Program-made: the position numbers and the translations under genes
Virus record (IMG/VR): IMGVR_UViG_3300023440_000007
Coordinates: 1-61,254 of that record
Length of the DNA stretch: 61,254 nt
DNA from: a virus
Taxonomy: Duplodnaviria; Caudoviricetes
Reading direction: 5' to 3' (one strand)
Part shown: one piece after another, positions 55,068 through 61,254 of the stretch
Layout of the letters: the number at the start of each line of letters is the position of its first letter
How positions within the stretch are numbered: position 1 is the first letter of the stretch
Notes under the pieces: model-generated
Database searches by the model: none
Seen by the model: the letters and a program-made list of their open reading frames with translations, nothing else
What the model was told of the DNA's origin: nothing

Positions 55068-55519
55068 AAAGAAACTGTGTAATTTTTGATCTAGACGGTA
55101 CTATGTCCAATGACAAGTGGCGCAGACAATTTGCCTATGATGGGGATTTTGACAAATACTTCTCTGGGATAATATATGATCCTCCAGTAGAAATGGTATG
55201 CAGACTGTATAGGAGGATGCATGATATCTGTCCCATCTTCATTTTGACTGGAAGACCAGATAAGTGTCTTAATGACACTCTATACTGGTTCAAGATAAAT
55301 AACATAGAGCTTCCCGATGCATTCATGTTTAGACTGAAAGGGGAAAGATCGAAGACTTCTGTAGTAAAGAGCAGGATGCTTAAAACAGTACAGACTAAAT
55401 ATGATCCTCTATTTGCAGTAGAAGATAATGAAGATGTGATAAACATGTATAGAAGTTATGGGATAAATTGTATTATTCCAGAAGACGTTCTAAAGATTGA
55501 TAATGGAGATTGCCATTAG
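55064..55519 (+). CDS. HAD phosphatase (PNKP phosphatase-like)
   Basis: FDLDGT, LTGRP, VED. Confidence 0.85.
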   Translation: MKRNCVIFDLDGTMSNDKWRRQFAYDGDFDKYFSGIIYDPPVEMVCRLYRRMHDICPIFILTGRPDKCLNDTLYWFKINNIELPDAFMFRLKGERSKTSVVKSRMLKTVQTKYDPLFAVEDNEDVINMYRSYGINCIIPEDVLKIDNGDCH

Positions 55520-55520
55520 G

Positions 55521-56927
55521 ATGTCTTCTGGTAGGAGAGAACTTTCCATAATCGAGGCAATGGATGACCCAAATCTCTTCTTGCCTTGGTTTCAGGATAA
55601 GAAGAGTTGGGCCAGATGGAGAAGTTTTCTTAAAGTACTATTCCATCTAAAGATGGATAGAGAGGATATTCGCACATATAGACAATTCACAAAAAGGAAT
55701 AAGCTGCCGAAAGCTCCTTTCAATGAAAGTTGGCTTGTCATTGGAAGAAGAGGCGGGAAGTCAAGAATATTAGCTCTTATCGCTGTCTACCTTGCCTGCT
55801 TCAAAGACTGGAAGAAATATCTGTCTCCAGGTGAGCGTGGGATGCTTGTCATCATCGCAACAGACAGGAGACAAGCTAGAGTCATATTCAGATACATACA
55901 GGCATTTTTTGAAGAGATTCCCCTACTGAAAGGCGTAGTGCTTAATGAAACCATGGAGAGGTTTGACCTTAGGGGACAGATCTCTATAGAGATCCATACA
56001 GCGACTTATAGAGGAGTAAGAGGATATACGATTATAGCTGCTTTATTGGATGAGATTGCGTTTTGGAGGACCGATAAAGCCCAAAATCCGGACTATGAGA
56101 TCTTAGCCGCTCTTCGTCCTGGTATGGCCACTATGCCAGGATCTATGATGCTATGCGCAAGCTCTCCTTATGCCAGAACCGGGGAACTGTATAACAACTA
56201 CAAGAAACACTTTGGAGAAGATGATTCTCCAGTCCTGATATGGCAGGCGAAGAGCTTGGACATGAATCCTACTCTTGATCCTAGAGTAGTGGAGGAGGCG
56301 TACGAAAGGGATCCATATGCAGCTAGATCAGAATATGACGCGGAATTTAGGACAGATGTAGAAAATTTCATTCCAATCGAAGTATTAGAGGACTGTACAG
56401 ATAAAGGATCTAGAGAAAAGCCGTATAGTCCTTCATTTTCTTATAATGCATTCGTTGACGTGTCTGGTGGATCTCAAGACAGCTTTACACTAGCCATCTC
56501 CCATAAAGAGGGAGACAGAGTAGTATTAGACGTAATAAGGGAAAGGATGCCCCCCTTCTCACCGGATGATGTCGTTGCAGAGTATTCTGAACTGATGAAG
56601 AAATACTCAGTATACAAAGTAACAGGAGACAGATATGGTGGAGAATGGCCGAGAGAAAGGTTTGAGAGACACGGGATATACTATGAAGTCTCTAAGAGGT
56701 TCAAATCTCAGTTATATTCAGAGTTTCTTCCACTAATCAATACTGGAAAAGTCGTCTTATTGGATAACGATAAAATGATCAGGCAATTTGCTTCTCTTAT
56801 ACGTCGTAAAACATCTTCTGGCAGAGAGACAATTGACCATCCTCCAAAAGGCCAAGATGACTTGGCTAACGTGGTTGCTGGATCAGTCGTAGAGTCTGGG
56901 ACTGTAACTTCAGTCGACTTGTGGTGA
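55521..56927 (+). CDS. terL: Terminase large subunit
   Basis: GRRGGKS Walker A, LLDE Walker B, ASSP, EY.AEF, nuclease D.SGG..D, DHP..G.DDLAN. Confidence 0.9.
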   Translation: MSSGRRELSIIEAMDDPNLFLPWFQDKKSWARWRSFLKVLFHLKMDREDIRTYRQFTKRNKLPKAPFNESWLVIGRRGGKSRILALIAVYLACFKDWKKYLSPGERGMLVIIATDRRQARVIFRYIQAFFEEIPLLKGVVLNETMERFDLRGQISIEIHTATYRGVRGYTIIAALLDEIAFWRTDKAQNPDYEILAALRPGMATMPGSMMLCASSPYARTGELYNNYKKHFGEDDSPVLIWQAKSLDMNPTLDPRVVEEAYERDPYAARSEYDAEFRTDVENFIPIEVLEDCTDKGSREKPYSPSFSYNAFVDVSGGSQDSFTLAISHKEGDRVVLDVIRERMPPFSPDDVVAEYSELMKKYSVYKVTGDRYGGEWPRERFERHGIYYEVSKRFKSQLYSEFLPLINTGKVVLLDNDKMIRQFASLIRRKTSSGRETIDHPPKGQDDLANVVAGSVVESGTVTSVDLW

Positions 56928-57377
56928 GCACCAACCCTTTCTAGGCCCACCTGCATAGGCTCTAGCAAGTCCTTCGTCTATCAGAGCTTGAGCGAGATTT
57001 CCCTTACTAGAGAACACATCCGCTAGGATCCTTCCTGCATACTTTCCAAGCCTGACGTCTACAAGTAAGACCTTATCTCCTATAAAGCTCTTCGTGAATT
57101 CTCTGGCAGCTCTAGCTCGCTCCTTCTCAAACTCACATTTCCCCTTTATTTCTGGAGTATCTATGCCATTGACTCTTACTGATATCCTTATAGACATGCC
57201 AGGCCACGGACGGGCCAGCGCAGTGAAAGTATCACCATCATAGACGCTGACGACGTCAGCCCAGACAACAATCTTCTGCCTGAAAGGACTGGTCTGCGCT
57301 GCCGTCCTAGCGCCTGACCAAACTAGGACCGTCGCAGCGCAGACCAGCGCGGCTACGAACTTGTGCCTACCTGTCAC
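56910..57377 (-). CDS. Thermonuclease (SNase-like) with signal peptide
   Basis: VYDGDT, RV.GIDTPE, KYAGRILA, L..EGLA..Y. Confidence 0.9.
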   Translation of the reverse strand: MTGRHKFVAALVCAATVLVWSGARTAAQTSPFRQKIVVWADVVSVYDGDTFTALARPWPGMSIRISVRVNGIDTPEIKGKCEFEKERARAAREFTKSFIGDKVLLVDVRLGKYAGRILADVFSSKGNLAQALIDEGLARAYAGGPRKGWCSPQVD

Positions 57378-57559
57378 TTGTCCGTAGCTACAGACTTGAT
57401 GCCCTTACGAAGCGTGATAGCCATAAAGGCAACGATAAACTTATCTATGGAATCACCGATAGTGATATCTCCCTGGAAAAGCTGGAATAGGAGATGGAAT
57501 ATCTCCGCTGCCGCCAACATATACGTCTTATAACCAGGGAAGAAGTCCAAGAGCTTCAT
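57374..57559 (-). CDS. Probable holin
   Basis: 61 aa, GYKTY, two hydrophobic segments, next to the endolysin. Confidence 0.6.
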   Translation of the reverse strand: MKLLDFFPGYKTYMLAAAEIFHLLFQLFQGDITIGDSIDKFIVAFMAITLRKGIKSVATDK

Positions 57560-57578
57560 ATCAATTCTCCATCAGTAG

Positions 57579-58136
57579 TTAGTCGTAAGCCCTGTTGAGC
57601 CAACCTCTCTCGTATTTGCTGAATCTCGGTGAGAACTTCCTAACGATGTTTCTGTAATGACACGCTGCTTCCGATCTAATGGAAGCCACTAGTGCAAAAG
57701 ACCTATCTCCAATCTCCAAGGCATTGATCGCTGAAAGTGTCTTTGGTCCTAGTATGCCATCCTGTACTACAGGAAGACCACATGCCCTAAGTGCTCTTTG
57801 AACGATCTTGTGAGCATTTATAGGACCGACATTTACAGACAAATCTAAGACCTTAGCCGCTACTTCACAGCTTGCAATTCTATCATATCCATACCTATCC
57901 CACCACTGATTCTTATAGATTTGTATAGCCTTTTCCTTAGTCAGCTTCTTTATATCATCTGGATCGATGTCTCCATCTTCATCCAAATCTCCGTATTTCA
58001 TACCAACTCTCTTTATAAAGTTCAGGCTTATGCCGTACTTGGTCACTCCGCCTGGATCATCTGGGTCATCTATATACCCGCCTTCATGCTTCAAGACAAA
58101 TTCAACGGCTTTAGTGAACTTTTGATCCTCTGTCAT
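57579..58136 (-). CDS. Endolysin, glycoside hydrolase family 108 + PG-binding
   Basis: HEGGY.DDP.DPGG.TKYGIS, DG..GP.T, GWLNR. Confidence 0.92.
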   Translation of the reverse strand: MTEDQKFTKAVEFVLKHEGGYIDDPDDPGGVTKYGISLNFIKRVGMKYGDLDEDGDIDPDDIKKLTKEKAIQIYKNQWWDRYGYDRIASCEVAAKVLDLSVNVGPINAHKIVQRALRACGLPVVQDGILGPKTLSAINALEIGDRSFALVASIRSEAACHYRNIVRKFSPRFSKYERGWLNRAYD

Positions 58137-58642
58137 AGCTGGTATCTCGGGGAGTTTAGATATTCCGGAACATCCTCTCCCTCTTTAGGAGGATTTGGAG
58201 GCTGTGGAGCAGGATAAAACATTCTGTCTCCATCTTGGAGTCCATGTCTATACATATTCTTCATCATTATTTCACCCTGCCCATTCTCAGTGGCTTCTTT
58301 TATAGCTCTTCTTAGATCCTTAGCGATGTTTGGATCCCATGGAAACTTGAAATATCTGGGCTGCTCTCCTTCTGAAAATCTAAGGAGCATGTATATAGCC
58401 GTGTTTGGGATGATCACGGCTGACACGACAACCGCATCAGAGTTTGAAGCATACAGCCTGGCAGAATAGACTTCTTTTGGGTTAGAAAGGGAAGCCTCTA
58501 TAAGACTCCATGAGAGAGGGATGCCAAAAAAGGCCAACACTACAGCAAAAGCCTTTAATGCGACTGAGCGACGACCGTAGGCGACAGCAGCGGCAGTTAT
58601 AGCTACAAAGGTAGATGCAATGATATAGAGAATAGGAGTCAT
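58133..58642 (-). CDS. Membrane protein
   Basis: Two N-terminal TM segments; third gene of the membrane triad. Confidence 0.75.
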   Translation of the reverse strand: MTPILYIIASTFVAITAAAVAYGRRSVALKAFAVVLAFFGIPLSWSLIEASLSNPKEVYSARLYASNSDAVVVSAVIIPNTAIYMLLRFSEGEQPRYFKFPWDPNIAKDLRRAIKEATENGQGEIMMKNMYRHGLQDGDRMFYPAPQPPNPPKEGEDVPEYLNSPRYQL

Positions 58643-59214
58643 GGAGTATAGCTCCTCAAATATACCTGAGTATCGTCTTCAGAGCCCCTATCTATACGAC
58701 CATTCACTACTCTGAAGCCTAGTACAGTTATCTCCTGTCCAAGAAATAGAAGCTTTGTCCTACGAACAAAAGCGGTATTTGATCTGTTTCCATTTATTTC
58801 CCATACTCTTATGAGGACATTCACAGGCCACTTCTTGGCTCTATTAGCATATGCATGAACATTTATGATGTATTTCCCATCTGGCATTCCTCTAGTGTAG
58901 GCATTTTCATAATTCAGTCTGGTTATATCAGAAGAGTCGCCTAGATCATCCCTGAGAAGATTGAATACCTTCCCAGACAGATTGGAATATCCAACCGGCC
59001 TATCCCCAGGAGCCTTGACCCACAAGTCAATGTCTATGTCTCCTTGATCCCAGATCATCTCTACTGCGATAGATCCAGGATTTTTCATCGTTATCTTCTG
59101 ATTCTCTCCCACAGGATTTATATGGGGAATCAGTATCATTATAGCCGCTGTCATAACAGACAGGATCAAGAATACGACGTCTAAGAAGGTCGTACTCGTA
59201 CGCCTATCAATCAT
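58639..59214 (-). CDS. Single-TM protein with ExbD/MotB-like TM Asp and YfaP-like periplasmic domain
   Basis: FLDVVFLIL TM; DIDLWV..P, L.RDDLG, NYE, Y.INVH.Y. Confidence 0.65.
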   Translation of the reverse strand: MIDRRTSTTFLDVVFLILSVMTAAIMILIPHINPVGENQKITMKNPGSIAVEMIWDQGDIDIDLWVKAPGDRPVGYSNLSGKVFNLLRDDLGDSSDITRLNYENAYTRGMPDGKYIINVHAYANRAKKWPVNVLIRVWEINGNRSNTAFVRRTKLLFLGQEITVLGFRVVNGRIDRGSEDDTQVYLRSYTP

Positions 59215-59220
59215 TGTAGA

Positions 59221-59640
59221 TTAGTCCTCCTTTTGAGGACGGAAGAACATCAATTTATTTATGGAGAGCCATACACTTCCTACTGCGCCCACTAGGGTCG
59301 TTCCTAGAGCAGTTCCAAGGCCGGACAGCAAAGTCGAAACCATCTTTGCAGCTGAAGATGGATCTGAAGCAGTGCTCGGATCTATACCGGACAGGGATAT
59401 CATAAACCCAATCACTGTCCCTATCAATCCCAGGAACACTAAGAAAGACCTAGAACTATCAACAAATCTCCATGCTTTTACGGAAATAGAAGCTACTGCT
59501 ACAAAGGCCCAAGCAGCGATGGCATATGTCAGATATGTATGATCATTTTCGAATATCACTCCAGCATTTCCCCAAAATACCGAAGCAAATATCGCTGCTA
59601 CAACACTGAGATTGAAACAAGCATAAACAAAGATGTTCAT
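59221..59640 (-). CDS. MotA/TolQ/ExbB proton-channel-like protein
   Basis: LGLIGTVIGF...GLGTALGTTLVG. Confidence 0.8.
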   Translation of the reverse strand: MNIFVYACFNLSVVAAIFASVFWGNAGVIFENDHTYLTYAIAAWAFVAVASISVKAWRFVDSSRSFLVFLGLIGTVIGFMISLSGIDPSTASDPSSAAKMVSTLLSGLGTALGTTLVGAVGSVWLSINKLMFFRPQKED

Positions 59641-59650
59641 AGTGATGCTC

Positions 59651-59938
59651 CTATTTGAATCTAATCATATTATCCCCCCTTCCTAAGACACAGGCTTTAT
59701 TCTCTTCTATGAATTCCTGCAAGACGACCCATTGATTGTCTTTATTGCTCATAACCACAATAACAACTCCAGGCTCTTCAGAAGTACCTATAAATGATAC
59801 CTTCATTCCAGCCTGAAAGACAAGAGCCTGTATAATTTTTCCTGAATCAAAGCACAGACCTTCTTTCAATAGATCTTCGTTATTGAAGAAATAGACGTTA
59901 GTTAATAATAACGAGGAAAGTACTATAGTATTTATCAT
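59651..59938 (-). CDS. Hypothetical exported protein
   Basis: Signal-like N-terminus, W......ACV..G. Confidence 0.7.
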   Translation of the reverse strand: MINTIVLSSLLLTNVYFFNNEDLLKEGLCFDSGKIIQALVFQAGMKVSFIGTSEEPGVVIVVMSNKDNQWVVLQEFIEENKACVLGRGDNMIRFK

Positions 59939-60420
59939 CTATTAGACAGCTTTTCCAACATCTCCTTCAGAGTCCTCCTCATCTCTTTTTGGAATTGTTT
60001 AGAATCGGTTATGAACTCTTCCTGCTTATTCTTTAGATTCTCAATCTTCTCTTGCATAACAGCCTGTTCACGTTCTATTCTCTGTATTGGGATAACAGCT
60101 TCCTGAAGCTTCTTATATCTCTGAAATGATTCAAGTCTCAGCTTCTCTATTTCTCTAGCACTCCTCATTTCATCCATGCTTATTCTATATTCTAGTGCAT
60201 CTATATCCTTCGCCATAGACACTTTGCTAGAGGTATACTCAGAAATCGCGGCTACAATTCCTATCAATGCAGGAATCATCACACTGATAATAGATACTAC
60301 AAATGTACCAACCTTTAGAGACTGAGAAGCTTTTTGTTTGACTTTTTCAATAGTCATTTCTAAACACTCGTTTTTGAAATTACCTATGGAAGCTTCCTTC
60401 CCAACAGTGTCTGAACTCAT
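59935..60420 (-). CDS. TM + coiled-coil protein
   Basis: One TM then a heptad-rich C-terminus; true start probably internal. Confidence 0.7.
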   Translation of the reverse strand: MSSDTVGKEASIGNFKNECLEMTIEKVKQKASQSLKVGTFVVSIISVMIPALIGIVAAISEYTSSKVSMAKDIDALEYRISMDEMRSAREIEKLRLESFQRYKKLQEAVIPIQRIEREQAVMQEKIENLKNKQEEFITDSKQFQKEMRRTLKEMLEKLSNR

Positions 60421-60664
60421 GATACATGATTTTCCATCTTTCTAAATCTGTCGGATCCCTAGGCTTAGGAACGTATATCCTACACCCGCTATCAAACAAT
60501 TCTGCATATCCAAGAGCTCCTCTCCTACCGTATTGCTCAGCATAGTCTATGCTTATTTGTTCAGGTTCCTGGAATATGACAGTTATAGGAACGTCTGGTC
60601 CAAACTTCGTTGAACATGCTCCGAGCACCAGTAGGATAGGCAGCATTATGAAGTATTGTCTCAA
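60380..60664 (-). CDS. Small lipoprotein with HExxH motif
   Basis: LVLGA|C lipobox; YHEFRHC.EG. Confidence 0.75.
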   Translation of the reverse strand: MRQYFIMLPILLVLGACSTKFGPDVPITVIFQEPEQISIDYAEQYGRRGALGYAELFDSGCRIYVPKPRDPTDLERWKIMYHEFRHCWEGSFHR

Positions 60665-60667
60665 TAA

Positions 60668-61162
60668 TCAGCTCCATGCCCTCAAAATCAACTTCCAATT
60701 AGCAACTGTAATGAGAGCGGAAAGGCCGATTGAACCAGAATCCTTTCTAAGGATTTGGATTCCTCCGGAGCCTATCGTTACATAAAGGTTCGTGGAGTCT
60801 GCGCTTGTGTTTATTCCGTAATTCGTATCGTTTGACATGGCAGAGGCCGAGAGGGAAATTTCATCTCCCACGGCATAACCATATTCGGCAGTAGCGCATT
60901 GAAGAACAGCAATTACTAGACGTGGAATAGCTCCCAATCCATGAGCTAACGTCAATGTTGTTCCCAGGGTGATAGTCTGGACACCCGAATCGTACTTCTT
61001 ATGTTCCTCGAAGGATGGATCAGTAGGGAACCCTCCCGCCGTCGCTCCATCATGGACAACAATCCTGTCCTTCGTGGTATCCACTGTGACCTCGCCGACT
61101 GCTCCTGTGAAAGAGGAATGGTCGCTGGTCGTTCCACGCCGGAATTGGACTTGAGTTGACAT
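60668..61162 (-). CDS. Tail fibre / Mtd-N-like protein
   Basis: QVQFRRGTT..HSSFTGA.GEVTVDT.K...VVHDG.TAGGFP; HGLG..P. Confidence 0.8.
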   Translation of the reverse strand: MSTQVQFRRGTTSDHSSFTGAVGEVTVDTTKDRIVVHDGATAGGFPTDPSFEEHKKYDSGVQTITLGTTLTLAHGLGAIPRLVIAVLQCATAEYGYAVGDEISLSASAMSNDTNYGINTSADSTNLYVTIGSGGIQILRKDSGSIGLSALITVANWKLILRAWS

Positions 61163-61165
61163 GGT

Positions 61166-61254
61166 TCACTTCCACGCTAGAATTTTAATATCAAGATCGT
61201 CCGTTAGAGTTACAAGTCCTACACTTCCTGTGTCCCGCCGGAGAATGGGAACCA
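61166..61254 (-). CDS. C-terminus of an upstream tail-fibre paralog (partial)
   Basis: ...ILRRDTGSVGLVTL..DLDIKILAWK* parallels ILRKDSGSIGL...KLILRAWS* of 60668..61162. Confidence 0.6.
   Translation of the reverse strand, partial: VPILRRDTGSVGLVTLTDDLDIKILAWK

Overview
Large part of a lytic dsDNA tailed-phage genome, probably infecting an alphaproteobacterium (GcrA-like protein, alphaproteobacterial-type dCTP deaminase and TerS-like protein, TTGCNN-N17-NANNNT promoters). No integrase is visible. Layout: start of a probable portal gene at the left edge; two tRNAs; about 56 small paralogous ORFs sharing an F-x5-7-(R)EG-x2-YW motif (1.1-5.8 kb and 15.3-33.3 kb); a frameshifted two-frame C5 methyltransferase; an early island (7.0-14.7 kb) of promoter-hairpin-RBS-ORF-terminator cassettes; an AAA/vWA module; several candidate structured RNAs; replication/recombination genes; a thymidine-hypermodification cluster (dCTP deaminase, dUMP hydroxymethylase-like TS, aGPT-Pplase1 family, glycosyltransferase); terminase; lysis, membrane and tail-fibre genes. 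The most striking signal is a GA/TC dinucleotide 'code'. 7030-7946 has no GA or TC at all and carries a gene with no Asp/Glu. The inter-cassette spacers carry nine perfect TCNTCNTC-NNN-GANGANGA palindromes. Eight promoters have GA-N3-TC at the same position. I infer context-specific DNA modification used as positional information; this is untested. A candidate sRNA at ~27860 is antisense to the shared early RBS. All family calls come from motif recognition by eye; no searches were run.
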